DNA of 64,000 nucleotides from the human T2T-CHM13v2.0 reference genome, Homo sapiens. The DNA lies in NCBI RefSeq assembly GCF_009914755.1, contig NC_060928.1; one strand, given 5' to 3'. Of this stretch, positions 41,356-56,186 are shown one piece after another. Under the pieces are notes generated by a model. The model had not been told where the DNA came from, did no database searches, and saw only the letters and a list, made by a program, of their open reading frames with translations. Within the stretch, counting starts at the first letter, position 1. Each line of letters starts with the position of its first letter. The position numbers were made by a program, and so were the translations under genes.

Positions 41356-41936
41356 ATATACACATATATGTATATATATACAAATATATGTATATATACA
41401 GGTATGTATATACATATACACGTGTATACGCATATACGTGTATATACACGTATACACGTGTATATACACGTATATACGCATATACGTGTATATACACGTG
41501 TATATGTATATACGTGTATATACGTATACATGCATACGTGTATATACGTATACATGCATATGTGTATATACATGTACATGCATATGTGTATATACATGTA
41601 CCTGTATGTGTATATACATGTGCATGTATGTGTATGTACATGTACATGTATATGTGTGTATATACATGTACGTGTGTATATACATGTACATGTATATGTG
41701 TGTATATACATGTACATGTATATGTGTGTATACATGTATATGTGTATGTGTGTGTATACATATATACATATACACATATATGTGTGTATATATACATACA
41801 TATATGTATGTGTATATATGCATATATACATATATTTATATGTATATATGCATATATACATATATTTATATGTATATATGCATATATGTAGATATTTATA
41901 TGTATATATACATATATGTAGATATGTATATATATA
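41286..41936. repeat. Compound microsatellite: (CT)n(TA)n(TG)n followed by ~600 bp of alternating purine/pyrimidine repeat
   Basis: Directly visible. Sub-blocks built from tacacgtgta, tacatgta and tatatatgcatata units. Confidence 0.98.
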
Positions 41937-42189
41937 AACTTATTTGTCCTTATGCTTTTTTTAATCTGAAAGAAACCTTTTAAATAAGTAAACTTGAAAA
42001 GTAAACCCCTGATGCATGAAAGAGACAGAAAGTTGCTACCTGTGCAAGGAAGAAAAACATACACTGATCCTAGCAAGTCAGTGGTCTCTTCATTCTTCAA
42101 ACCATCTAAGAAGGTATTGCTGTGTTTCCCCAGAGTTCCAAGGAGAATCCTATCAAATCCATCTAAAATATGTGTTACATTTATTAAGC

Positions 42190-42920
42190 TTTCTTATCTG
42201 TACCACTCCCAGAAGACCACCATTGGCTCTCTTAACTTACCTTTTGAAAAATCTTTCAAATGACGTCTTTTGTTTTTTCATTCTTAATACCCTAAAATCC
42301 ATTTGCTATAACTCAGCCAAGGGAGTCTTTTAAGGACATAAATTAGGTCTTTTAATTTTTGGCCTAATTTTGGCCAGTTTTTATCCTTGACTTCCAGAAC
42401 AAGGTTTAGCATACAGTAAATAATAAATATTTGTAGAATACAAAAATATTCTGCTGAGTAACACTCTTTAAAAGTTTTTTATTATACTGAAGTTAAAACA
42501 TTATGTAATTTGTATAATTTTCAGTGTGGTACATGATCTACCTATCTCTTCACCTTCGTCTTGAATCACTCCTAACCCTACTCAGTTTATTCATTCTAGC
42601 CATAAGACCTAAATTTTAGCAGTTTTCTCTTCATACAGCATTATGCTCTTCTTTGCCCACCATACCACCCAGATCTTTGCATGGCTATTCTCTTTTCCCA
42701 TTGTGTTTTAAATTAAAGGCATCTCCTCACAAAAATTTTTCAGTGTCACCCAAATAAAGCAGACTTCCAGTTACTTCATACCAGTCTATTTATTTTTCAT
42801 TATGATGCTTATAATGATTTTATTGTATGTATTTTGCTCATTGTTATAATGATGACATGCCCTAAAAGATGATGCCCTAAAAGAAGTCGGATTGCTAGCT
42901 TTATGTATATTGTATATCCA
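42190..42920 (+). mobile_element. L2 fragments
   Basis: 'taaaatccatttgctataactcagccaagggagtctttt', 'acagtaaataataaatatttgtagaat', 'cccagatctttgcatggct'. Confidence 0.55.
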
Positions 42921-43464
42921 GTTTCATATATATCCACTGGAGTGCACTCGAGCATGTGCACATACACATCATGTTATATCATGGCATCCTTATGACTTTC
43001 AAGTCACTACAAAGTCTGCTGCACTAATTATGAGAGATTCATGAATGTCTTCCTTGTTATTTCAGCTTCTCAAAATGCAAATAGATAGAATAATATATTT
43101 GCCTAACTCATATGAATAAAATAAAAATCAACTAAATTATTTTAATAAAATCAATCACATCATGTAGGAAAAAAAAGAAAAAACCACATGAAGATACCAA
43201 CAACATCCTTGTTCTTAGGGGTCCCAATTAAGTAGGTATCACAAGTGAAAAGCTGAATATTACATTTTATTCTAATAGATCACGTACTGCAAATCTAATC
43301 TCCATTTTCCTTGTATAATTGTTTGCATAAATAAAAAGGGAGGAGGAGACAAAATACATGCACAGTCAAGATCATTTTTAGTCTTATCATTTTATTTTCT
43401 AAATGAGCAAATCTCAAAGAAGAGATTGAGTGGTCATGGGTCTCACAGGTAAAAGAAGCTGTGT

Positions 43465-44453
43465 GTGTTTTTTGTTTTTTTTTTTGGTAAATTTGTTTAA
43501 GTTCCTCGTATTTTCTGGATATGAGACCTTTGTCAGATGGATAGAGTGCAAAAATTTTCTACCATTCTGTAGGTTGTCTGTGTATTCTGATGATAGTTTA
43601 TTTTGCTCCATTAAAAAGTGGGCAAAGGACATGAACAGACACTTCTCAAAAGAAGACAGTTATGTGACCAAGAAACATATGAAAAAAAGCTCAATATCAC
43701 TGATCATTAGAGAAGAGGAAATCAAAACCACGATGAGATACCATCTCACACCAGTCAAAATGGAGATTATTAAAAAGTCAAGAAACAACAGATTCTGGCT
43801 AGCCTGTGGAGTAATAGGAACACTTTTACACTGCTGGTGGAATGTAAATTAGTCCCACTACTGTGGAAGACAGTGTGGTGATTCCTCAAAGAACTAGAAC
43901 CACAAATACCATTTGACCCAGCAATCCCATTACTCGGTATATACCCAAAGGCATATAAATTTTTCTATTATAATGATACATGTACATGTATGTTCAGTGC
44001 AGCTCCATTCACAATAGCAAAGACATGAAATCAACCCAAATGCCCATCAATGATAGACTGGATAAAGATAATGTGGTATATATACACCATGGAATACTAT
44101 GCAATCATAAAAAGGAATGAGATCATGTCCTTTGCAGGGACATGGGTGGAGGTGGAAGCTGTAATCCTCAGCAAACTAACACAGGAACAGAAAACCAAAC
44201 ACTGCATGTTCTCACTTGTAAGTGGGCCTTGAACAATGAGAACTCATGGACACAGGGAGGTGCATAACACACACTGCGGCCTTTTGGTGGGGCTTGGGGA
44301 GGGAGACCATCCGGATAAATAAATAATTCATGTGGGGTTTAATACCTAGGTGATGGGTTGATAGGTACAGCAAACCACCATGGCACACTTTTACCTATGT
44401 AACAAACCTGCGTGTCCTGCACATGTATCGCAGAACTTAAACTAATTTTTTTA
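43465..44453 (+). mobile_element. 5'-inverted (twin-primed) L1, L1PA13-16-like: antisense ~43465-43607, sense 43608-44453
   Basis: The inverted ORF2 piece abuts the sense 'ccattaaaaagtgggcaaagg'. Older-type 3'UTR 'aatacctaggtgatgggttgataggtacagcaaaccaccatggc'. Possible TSD aagctgtgt/aagctatgt. Confidence 0.9.
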
Positions 44454-45539
44454 AAGCTATGTTGAGAATAGGACACAGGTGTTTCTATTCCTATTCCTTG
44501 GTGTTCCATTCATTGCTCTCTTCTTTACACCCCACCTTAGCAGAATGAGTAAACAATGTGCTTTCTTCGTTCAAAGAAATAAAAAATCAAGCATTTTATG
44601 ACCCTGGGAATTTTCTTATTCTAGTGCACTAGGCATTAAGCAAAATAACAAGGTGGTGTCTGAAGATCAAATGTTAGATACAAAGATTTTCAATTAAAAA
44701 ATGCAATCTTAAAACTATTTGGAAAATCACTATTCGTTTCCATAGCCACTTTCTATATCAGATAATATTCTTAAGATGTAAATTATTCACTCTCAGCTCT
44801 TACCCATGAAGCAAGTCACATCCTTGCCAGCTCAGGCTATGCTAGGTAAATTTTTTCAAAAAATATTGCATGGATTTAAAAGATTCTAAATACAAGGTGG
44901 AAATTCAACAACGGTGAGCTTTATTATTTCATGAAAATACATTTCATCTTATTTGAAGAGATTGCCTGTGTGTTTGACCTCAATACAACTCTGAATATAT
45001 TTTTGTCCTGTTCTATCTAAAAAAGCTTCCTTACCTTTTCACTTCAATACCTGGTATTAAATCAATATCCTTAAGAACATTTTTGCTGTTATCGCCTAGA
45101 CTAATTTTTCTATAGTATAAAATTCACCATAGAAACTCTGGTGTAGCAGAAACAGCCTTGGGACCAAACAAGAAAAATATGGTTTGATTTTTACTTCTTA
45201 ACTTTCCAGTTGTAAAATTACCTGAAATAATTAAATTAATTTTTAAAATATATTTTGAAATTATTTCAATGTTACAGAAACTTGCAGTTACAGTTCAAAG
45301 AGCTATTCCTGGTTTCCCAAATTCCTCAATTTTTAACACACAAAAATGTTTATAATTATATGAATATAAGTATGTATAATCATATATCACAAATGTATAT
45401 CATATATACACATGTGTGTGCATATCTACATATGTTTGTATGTTCACATTTTTTTCTGGACTATTTGAGAATACAGTGCATATAGTAGTATATCTCTTTA
45501 TGCTATAATATTTCACTGGCTATTTCTTAGGAACATGGT

Positions 45540-47262
45540 TATTGTCTGTCAGGGTTTTCCATAGAAACAAAACCAAGGAAACTATATAAGCATATAATTT
45601 TTTGCAAGGAATTGGCTGATGAAATTATGGCTAACTGGTCCCAGAATGTTCCATCTGTAAACTCAAGACCCAGGAAAGCCAGTGGTGTACTTTTGAGAAC
45701 AAGAGGGCTGTTGGTACAAGCCTCATGCCGGGACAGGAGAAGACTAATGTCCCAGCTCACGTGATCAGGCAGAGAGAACAGATTTCCCCTTCCTCTGCCT
45801 TTTTCTTCTATTCAGGCTCTCAAAGAATTGGACACTGCCCACCCACATTTGGGAGAAAAATCTGCTTTACTCAGTTCACAGCTTCAAATGCTAACTCCCC
45901 CAGAAACAATCTCACAGACACACTCAGAAATAATCTTTAATCTGGTTATGCAGTGTCCTGTCAAAACGACATGTAAATTAACCATCATAAGTTCATGCTT
46001 TGTCTTGTCAACTTGGCACTCATACACATCTCCTTAAATCACAATGACTCTGTAAATAAAGAAAATATACAAGTCACAGTTCTGCCTAACAGAATACATC
46101 TATCCTGCATACAACCAAAAATGTATTAACCTAGAAGAGGAGGTAAAGTTTCTGAGTGGTGTTTAATTTTCTCCTTGGTGTACCATAATTTGAATAATAT
46201 GATGTAAAATAATAAGTAAATGCAATGATATGTCAATACATCTTATGTGATAAGATAATAAGAAAAAAATAGACACATACAAATGTATTCATAACAAAAT
46301 AAGTAGAAAATAATAATTACAGTTGATATTTCTGAAACTGGTCACACAGTAGCTGCTATTATTAATAACTACCTTCTTCCACTCTCCATTCTGTGTTCTT
46401 TTTTTCTTTGGTAAGCACCTCAACTGGAGCCGGTTGTGGTTCCTGACTTGGCAGGGTTATGCAAGCCTCCATTCCTAAAGGGCTTGGCCACTAATGGGCC
46501 GACCTGTATTGAGTTGTTTTTTTCTGTTGACCTAAATCACAAGGCAGGGTGATACTAAGAGATGCCCTAAGGGATCTCTTACATTCCAGGCATACTTTTT
46601 CTTACCTCCATTGTAGAGTAGCCATCATAGCTGTCCAATTTTTCCTTTAGTAGTCAGGGACAATCACCCCAGTCAGCACAGCAACTCCTTTCTTTGCTCG
46701 TTGATTCAGAGTGGCCAGTCTTACCTTCCTGGTCGAATAAGTTATTATTGTGTCTCCTGGGGGAAGCATTTTTCCATCTAGAGCAAGACAGCATAAGGTT
46801 GAGGGAAAATATCAAACTTTATGTGGGTTTTACTTTTACCCCACACCCTTAGTATCCATTTCCACCTATGTTCCCTGGATTTCTGTCTATATAAACCAAT
46901 AAATTCAAATAGTTCTTTTGAGTGTAGCACATTTCCTAATGGGTCTCCTTTTGTAGCTTATCTTTACAGTCCTGCAGAAACTTAAATCTACCTAAAGGTC
47001 TAGAAGCAAAGAGGGGTGATAGGGATGATTCCTGAGTAGAATCAGTATTGTCTTGCATGGCAACTGCCTCAGCAGGGGCCATTAGTTTTCTCAGACAATG
47101 CAGAGTTAATAACCTCAGATGGAGCAGAGGCCAGTACCACTGCTGGAGGTTGCTACCACTGCAGGGTGGAAGTCACTTTCATTGGCAAATGTTACATCAG
47201 AATTTAGAGGCTCAATGTCCTCAGACACATTATGGTCTTTCCAAATGTCCTCACTGGAACTT
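45540..47262 (-). mobile_element. Older ERVL relic: MLT2C/D-like LTR (45540-45989) plus heavily deleted internal sequence (3' end, dUTPase region, gag piece)
   Basis: LTR end 'aaattaaccatcata' followed by internal 'cttgtcaacttggcac'. The minus-strand peptide DIWKDHNVSEDIEPLNSD resembles gag MWEDPVEAGDTEFVNS at 52066. Confidence 0.75.
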
Positions 47263-47263
47263 A

Positions 47264-47324
47264 CATATATATAAAACCATATATACATATATATATACAC
47301 ACACACATATACATATATATACAC

Positions 47325-47368
<44 letters not shown>
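47264..47368. repeat. (TA/CA)n plus (TG)~20 microsatellite
   Basis: Directly visible. Confidence 0.95.
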
Positions 47369-47373
<5 letters not shown>

Positions 47374-47898
47374 CAGTTAGGACCCTGGCTTCATTATCAA
47401 TATATTGACTCATTTGTTCTACCCTACAACACACAGCTATAGTGTCAAAATAGATATGCCCTTATTACCACAACAAACACACCTAGTTCAAAATTTGTTT
47501 GTGGCTTTTCCAAACTGAAGATCCTAGTCAAAGTGTTGTTCAAAGAGCTTTTTAATGTTATTTTATTATTATTATTAATTAAATTCATACTTTATTATTT
47601 TTTATTGTTATCTAATGTTCTTTTACTCTTCCAGAATCTCATTTAGGGAAGTAATCACATTCTATTTAGTTGTCATATCTCCTTAAGCTTTGCCTCCAAG
47701 CTGTGAAAGTTTTTCAGACTTTGCTTGTTTTTAAAACCTTGAGAGTTTTGAGAATACCAGTCAGGTATTTTGTAGAATGTCTATCAATTGAGATTTGTCT
47801 GATAGTTTTTTCATGATTAGACTAGGGTTATGTGTTTTGGGAGAAGAACACAGACAATAGTGACATTTGTATTACATCACATTAATGATGCATACCAT

Positions 47899-48919
<1,021 letters not shown>

Positions 48920-49894
48920 TTATCAACATGATTTATCTTTTATTATGTTAAACTTGGTCACTGAGATATTTCTCAGTTTTCTCCACAAAGTTATCTGTCC
49001 CCTTCTATGCTATATTCATTGAAAAAAAAATCACTATGTACAACCCATTCTTAAGAAGGGAAAAGCTATTTTCCTTTTCCTTGAGAGTAGAGTATCTATA
49101 TAAATAATTTGAGGTTCTTCTGCACATGTGGCTTTTTTTGTCCTAGTTATGTATTTATTCAATTATTTATTTATATCTGTGTGGACTAATAAATATTTAG
49201 TGTATCTTTTGCCTTATAATCCAATACTACTTTAATTTGTTGCTCCAATTGTTCCAGGTGCAGATATTGGAAGCTCTTTCAGTTGATTCTTGTGTCCCTT
49301 GTACATACACACATCAACGTAAAATATAAAAATTATTGTTGTTGTTGTCTTTGTTTCACTCTCTCTCTCTCTCTGTCTTACTTTCTGATACTACAGCATG
49401 CTCCAGACTCCTCTTATATATTTCCTAATCCAGTCCTACAAGAAGCCATTTTTCTAAAAATCTTTGATTTCTTTTGTTGAAAAATTATGATATTAGAAAC
49501 CAAAATCTATGCCAGTTATGACCATTGATACAGGGATATGATTGCTTCTAAGATCTTTCATATGTGTATTTGCAGGTTTGAGTGTGACGTAAGTTGTCTA
49601 GAGGTGTCAAACTGACAAATGAAGAGTCTTATGTTTGGGAAGGCTTATGAAGTTTACTCACAAAGTAAAAGGTATCATAGGTCAATGAAAGTTTAGGAAA
49701 GTAGGAGGTATATCTCCTCTAATGAGATGAGGAAAAAGTGAAAGTGATGATGTAGATTATCATTGAGGATTAGTGGTCAACGTTTAGTAACTTCAACAAT
49801 TTTTATTTATACATACATATATATACTTCTATATATAATGATCTATATATAATTTTTCTCTATATATATTTTGATCTCTATATAATTTTTCACT

Positions 49895-50345
49895 AAGGTG
49901 AAAAATTGACCCTCAAATATGTCCAAGTTCTGGGAGTTACCCCAGAGCATATGAATATTATATTATATGGAAAAATGGAACTTTCCAAATGTGATTAAAT
50001 TAAACATATTTAAATGAGGAGATTATCCTTAATTATATAGCTGGGCTCTGTGTAATCACAACACTATAAGGGGTTTCAGGAAGAGTAAGAGTCAGAAGAG
50101 AAACTGATGTGGTGGTAATGGAAGTAAAGACTGTAGTGATGCACTTTGAAGTTGAAGAAAGAGGCCATTAGACAGGGAACACAGGCAGCCATAAGAAGGC
50201 GATGAAAGCAAGGAAACCAAGTATGCCCTCAGAGTCTCCAGAAATAACCAGCCCTACCAACACCTTGAATTTAGGCTAGTGATTTTGGACTTCTGACCCC
50301 TGAGTTGTAAGAAAATAGGTATAAGTAGTATTAAGCCACAGTGAG
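49895..50345 (+). mobile_element. MaLR LTR (MLT1C/D-like)
   Basis: 'gaactttccaaatgtgattaaattaa...gagattatcct', 'agagtctccagaaataaccagccctaccaacaccttga'. Confidence 0.8.
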
Positions 50346-50359
50346 ATTGCTTTGTCACA

Positions 50360-50885
50360 TTCTGTACTCTATCCTGGGATTCCTAGATCTCCTAAATTAT
50401 TATCTTTAAAAATTTCATTCCTAAAGATTTACTATTTGTGCTCTAAATTTCTATGGGTTTGGAGAAAAGCATAATGTCATGTATTCAAAATTAAAGCACC
50501 ACACTCTATAGTTTTACCACTGTAAGAAATCCTCTGTATTTCATAGTCAACCATAACCTCACCCTTAACTTCAGGAAATCTCTGATTATTTTACTGTTGC
50601 TAGAGTTTTGCCTTTCCAGAATGTCATATAATTTGAATCATACAATATATAGTATTTTCTAAAATAATTCTTTCACTTAGCAATATGCATTTAAGATTCA
50701 TCCATATCTTTTTACATATAATAATTCTTGTTATTGCCAAACAGTATTTTGTTTTATAAATGTACCAATACATTTATCCATTCACTTGTTGAAAGATATC
50801 ATGGCTGTTTCTAGTTTTTCTGACAATTTTGAATAAAGTTTCTGTAAATATGCACTTGTAAGTTTTTGTGTGACATAAGTTATCT
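50360..50885 (-). mobile_element. Old L1 (L1MC/MD-like) 3' fragment
   Basis: 'gttttgcctttccagaatgtcatata', 'ttcacttagcaatatgcatttaagattcatcc'. Confidence 0.75.
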
Positions 50886-51395
50886 GGAGAGGCCAAACTG
50901 ACAAATGAAGACTCTTCTGTTTGGAGAGGCTTATAAAGTTTATGCACAAAGAAAAATGTATCATGGGTCAATAAGAGGCTGGGAAAGTAGGGGGTATATT
51001 TTTGTGATGGTTGATACTGAGAGTCAACTTGATTGGATTGAAGGATGCAAAATATTGATCCTGGATGTGTCTGTGAGGGTGTTGCCAAAGGAAATTAACA
51101 TTTGAGTCAGTGAGCTGAGAAAAGCAGACCCACCCTTAATCTGGATGGGCACCATCTAATCAGCTCCCAGCACATCTAGAATACAAAGCAGGCAGAAAAA
51201 TATGAAAAGACTAGACTGGCCTAGGCTGCCAGCTTATATCTTTCTCTTGTGCTGGATACTTCCTGCCCTTGAACATGAGATTCCAAATTTTTTCAGTTTT
51301 GGGGACCCAGACTGGCTCTCCTTGCTTCTCAGCTTGCAGACTGCCTATTGTGGGACCTGTAATCATATGAGTTAATACTCAAAAAACTCCCCTTT

Positions 51396-51541
51396 TTATA
51401 CATACATATATATACACATATATATATATATACACACACACATATATAATATATATCCTATTTATATATAACTAATATATATATATAACCTATATAACTA
51501 ATATATATATAAACATATATATATAAAATAATATATATATA
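51396..51541. repeat. TA-rich microsatellite in the 5' LTR
   Basis: Directly visible. Confidence 0.9.
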
Positions 51542-51544
51542 ATT

Positions 51545-53250
51545 CTGGAGTTGGCTGCTTAATATGATAAGACCCAAAAAATGTTAAGGACTCTATTTTT
51601 AATAGTATGAAGATCACTCATAGTCCTTTGTGTGAACTGTTTAGAGTGTTATGCAAAATAAATGCATTTGACACTCCCGATTCGTTGCTTGTAAAAGGCC
51701 AGGAATTTAGTGACCCTATCCATAATACCTTCAAATATATGTGGAGAACCAAGGAGCATAATGAAGCAAGTTGGTTGCTCCTAAGTTAAGTGAACAAAGT
51801 TATGAAAGAAAATGATGAACTCAGAGATTCTAACTCCTACTTCAGAAGAAAATACTGAGCCTGAAGTCTGCTAAGATTGCCCTGAGTGGGTATCTTATCT
51901 CCTATAGAGAAAGAGCTGAAATTGTGGAAAAACAGACACAAGTTTTTATCATGTGAGTGGTGGACATGCAACAAAAGGTGCATGCCCAGCCTCGCCAGTT
52001 GTCTACTGTTAAAATGAAGGCATTGATTTGGAAAAAAGTGGGACCCTGCAACTTGGATTGGGGACATGTGGGAGGACCCTGTTGAAGCTGGGGACACTGA
52101 GTTTGTAAACTCTGGTGAACTTTTCTTGCTAGAAAAAAATAGCTTCCCATCCCCAGTAGTGCCAATATCTCCTCGCCATCCTATGCTGCCCTCAGTCTTT
52201 TCCGCTTTGTCTGAGAAGATGAACCCTGCTCTGCCTGAGGCAAAATTGATGGCCTCCCCTGAGGCAGTTGCCAAGAAAATAATGTTGATTCTTCTCAGGA
52301 GCCACCACTAATACTCCTGTTTTTTTTTCTAGACCTATATCTAGACTAAAGTCCTGGTGGGCCCCTAGAGGTAAGGTTGAGAGTGTGACCCATGAGGAGG
52401 TGCGCTACACTCAAAAAAACTGCTTGAGTTTTCTAATTTATATAAGCAGAAATCTGGAGAACAGGCATGGGAATGGATATTAAGGGTGTGGGATAATGGT
52501 GAAAGAAACACAGAGTTGAATCAGACTGAATTTATTGATTTGGGCCCCTAAACAGGGAGCCTTTATTTAATATTGAGCTCAGGGAGTTAAAAAAGGTTCT
52601 AATAGTTTATTTGCTTGGTTAGCTGAAATACAGATTAAAAGATGGCCCACTGTGAGTGGGCTAGAAATGCCTGATCTCCCTTGGTTTAATGTAGAAGAAG
52701 GCATCCAAAGGCTTAGAGAGATTAGGATGGTGGAGTGGGTTAGTTACTTTAGACCTGCTCACCCAGCTGGGAGTGTCCAGAGTATATACCCTTGACCAAT
52801 GCCTTGCAAAACGGACTTGTGAGGGCAGTACCTCAACATTGAAGAGCCCTGTAATTGTTCTTCTCTGTATGTCAGATATAACAGTGGAAACTGCAATCAC
52901 TCAACTACATAATTTAAGTACAATGGGAGTGATTGGATCCTGAGGTGGCAGGAGCCAAATGGCAGCACTCAACTGTCAAAGACAAGGTGGACATAGCTAT
53001 TGTAATGCATAGCAGAGGCAAAGCAGCAATCTGACTCATGTAGAGCTATGGCATTAGCTAAATTAATCACAGTGTTCCTAGAAGTGAAATGGACAGGAAA
53101 CTCACTGCATTCCTACTTAATATATAAACAGAAAACTTTAAAATCAATTGGACAAAAGACTAATTTGAATTATAAAAACAGAGAATCATGGCCCCTCAAT
53201 CAATTTCCCAACTTGAGCCAGTTTACAGACCCAGGACCCATTGAATGAAG
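51545..53250 (+). pseudogene. HERV-L gag relic
   Basis: Fragments such as CKINAFDTPDS…, MWEDPVEAGDTEFVNS… and WPLNQFPNLSQFTDP. Many stops. Confidence 0.8.
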
Positions 53251-53266
53251 AGGCAGCCAGGTCCCC

Positions 53267-56186
53267 TTGAGGAAGGACCCCACTACATTACCAACAATTT
53301 ATGCTGTTAATATTTCTCTCATTCTTCCCCAAGGAGACCTCCAGCCTTCTGCCAAGGTAACTATGCAGTGGGGAAAGGAAAATGATCAGACATTTAGGGG
53401 ACTACTGGACATTGGCTCTGGGCTGACACTGATTCCAGAGACCCAAAACATCATTGTGATCCTCCAATTAAAGTAGAGGCTTATGGAGGTCAGGTAACTA
53501 ATGGAATTTTAGGTCTGATCTGACTTAAAGTGGGTCTCTAGACTCATCCTGTGGTTGTTTCCTCAGTGTCAGAATGCATAATTGTCATAGACATACTTAG
53601 CAGCTAGCAGAACCACAACACTGGCTTCCTGACTAGTAGGGTGAGGGCTATGATGGTGGGAAAGTCCAAATGGGAGCCATGAGAGCTGCCTGTATCTAGA
53701 AAAATAGTAAATCAAGAACAATATCACATCCCTGGAGGGATTGCAGAGATTAGTGTCACCATCAAGGACTTGAAAGAAGAGGGGTGGTGATACCCACCAT
53801 ATTCCCATTTTAGTCTCCCATTTGGCCTGTGCAGAAGACAGATGGATCTGGAGAATGACAGTGGATTATTATAAGCTTAACCAAGTGGTGACTCCAATTG
53901 CAGCTGCTGTACCAGATGTGGTTTCATTGCTTGAGCAAATTAGCACATCTCCTGGTACCTAATATGCAGCCATTGACTTAGCAAATGTCTTTTTTCCCAT
54001 TCCTGTTCACAAGGCTCATCAGAGGCTATTTGCCTTCAGCTGGCAAGGCCAGCAATCAACCTTTCATGTCCTGCCTCAGGGGTATATCAACACTCCAGCT
54101 TTGTGTCATAATCTTATTTGGAGAGACCTTAATCGCTTTTTGCTTCCTCAAGATATCACACTTGATGACATTATGCTGACTGGATCCAGTGAGCAAGATG
54201 TAGCAAACATACTGGACTTATTGGGGACACGTTTGCATGCCAGAGGATGGGAAATAAATCTGACTAAAATTCAGGGACCTTCTACCTCAGTATAATTTCA
54301 AAGGATCCAGTGGTGTGGGGCCTGTCAAGATATTCCTTCTAAGGTGAAGGATAAGTTGCTGCATTTGGCTCCTCATACAACCAAGAAAGAGGCACAACAC
54401 CTAGTAAACCTATTTGGATTTTGGAGGCAACACATTCTTCATCTAGGTGTGTTACTCCAGCCTATTTATCGAGTGACCCAAAAGGCTGCCAGTTTTGCAT
54501 GGGGTTCAGAGCAGGAGAAGTCTCTGCAACAGGTCCAGGCTGCTGTGAAAGCTGCTCTGCCACTTTGGTTGTATGACCCAGCAGATCTAATGGTGCTTGA
54601 GGTGTCAGTGGCAGACAGGGATGCTGTTTGGAGCCTTTGGCAAGTACCCATAGGTGAATCACAGAGAAGGCCTCTAGAATTTTGGAGCAAGGCCCTGCCA
54701 TCTTCTACAGTTAACTACCCTTCTTTTGAGAAATAGCTCTTGGCTTGTCACTGGGCTTTGGTAGCAAGTAAACATTTGACTATGGGCCATCAAGTCACCA
54801 TGCGACCTGAACTGCCTATCATAAACTGGGTGTTTTCTGACCTATCTAGCCATGAAGTGGGTCATGCACAGCAGCATTCCATCATTAAATGGAAGTGGTA
54901 TATATGTGATTGGGCTCAAGCAGATCCTAAAGGCACAAGTAAATCACAAGGGAAGTGGCTCAAATGCCCATGGTCTCCATTCCTGCCACCCTCCCTTCTT
55001 TCTCCAAGCCTGCACTGATGACCTCATGGGGAGTTCCCTATAATCAGTTGACAAAGGAAGAGAAGACTAGAACCTGGTTTATAGATGGTTCTGCATGAGA
55101 TGCAGGCACCACCCAAGAGTAAACAGCTGTAGCACTACAGACTCTTTCCAGGACATCCCTGAAGGACAGCAGGTGAAGGAAAATCTTCCCAGTTGACAGA
55201 ACTTTGAGCAGTGCACCTGGTTGTGCACTTTGCATGGAAGGAGAAATGACCAGATGTTCAATTATATACTGATTCATGGGCTGTAGCCAATGGTTTGGCT
55301 GGATGGTCAAGGACTTGGAAGAAGCATGACTGCAAAATTGGTGATACAGTAATTTGGGGAAGAGGTATGTGGATGGACCTCTCTGAGTGGTCAAAAACTG
55401 TGAAGATATTTGTATCCCACGTGACTGCTCACCAAGAGGTGACTTCAGCATAGGAGGATTTTAATAATCATGTGGATGACCCCTTCTTTGGCTGGACACC
55501 ACACAGCCTCTTTCCCCAGCCACCCCTGACATCACCCAAGGGTTCATGAACATAGTGGCATGGTGGCAGGAATGGGGTTATGCATGGGCTCAGCAACATG
55601 GACTTCTACTCACCAAGATGGACCTGGCTACGGCCAGTGCTGAGTGCCCAATTTACCAGCAGCAGAGAGCAACACTTAGCCATTTACATGGCACAATTCC
55701 TCAGGGTGATCAGCCAGCTACCTGGTGGCAGGTTGATTATATTGGACCTCTTCAATCATGAAAAGGGCAGAGGTTTGTCTTCACTGGAATAGACACTCAC
55801 TCTAGATATGGGTTTGCCTATTCTGAATGCAATGTTTCTGCCAAGACTACCATTTATGGACTCACAGAATGCCTTATCCACAGTCATGGTATTTCACACA
55901 GCATTGTCTCTCATTAAGACACTCACTTTAAGGCTAAAGAAGTGTGGCAGTGAGCTCATGCTCATGAAATTCACTGGTCTTACCTTGTTCTCCATCATCC
56001 TGAAGCAGCTGGATTGACAGAATGGTGGAATGGCCTTTTGAAGTCACAATTGCAATGCCAACTGGTGACAATACTTTTCAGGGAAGGGGCAAAGTTCTCC
56101 AGAAGGCCATGTATGCTCTGAATTAGCATCCAATAAATGCTACTTTCTCTCCCATAGCCAGGATTCACGGGTCCAGGAATCAAGGG
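53267..56186 (+). pseudogene. HERV-L pro-pol relic (protease, RT, RNase H, integrase)
   Basis: LLDIGSGLTLIP (protease, DTG motif altered). ITL-DDIML (YIDD region partly deleted). FGFWRQHI. FIDGSA (RNase H). WQVDYIGPL (integrase). Confidence 0.9.

Noticed and set aside
41154-42100. Long ORFs (193-289 aa) in all six frames
   Set aside because: Alternating RY microsatellites cannot form stop codons. The Y/I/H/T/V/C/M peptides are artefacts.
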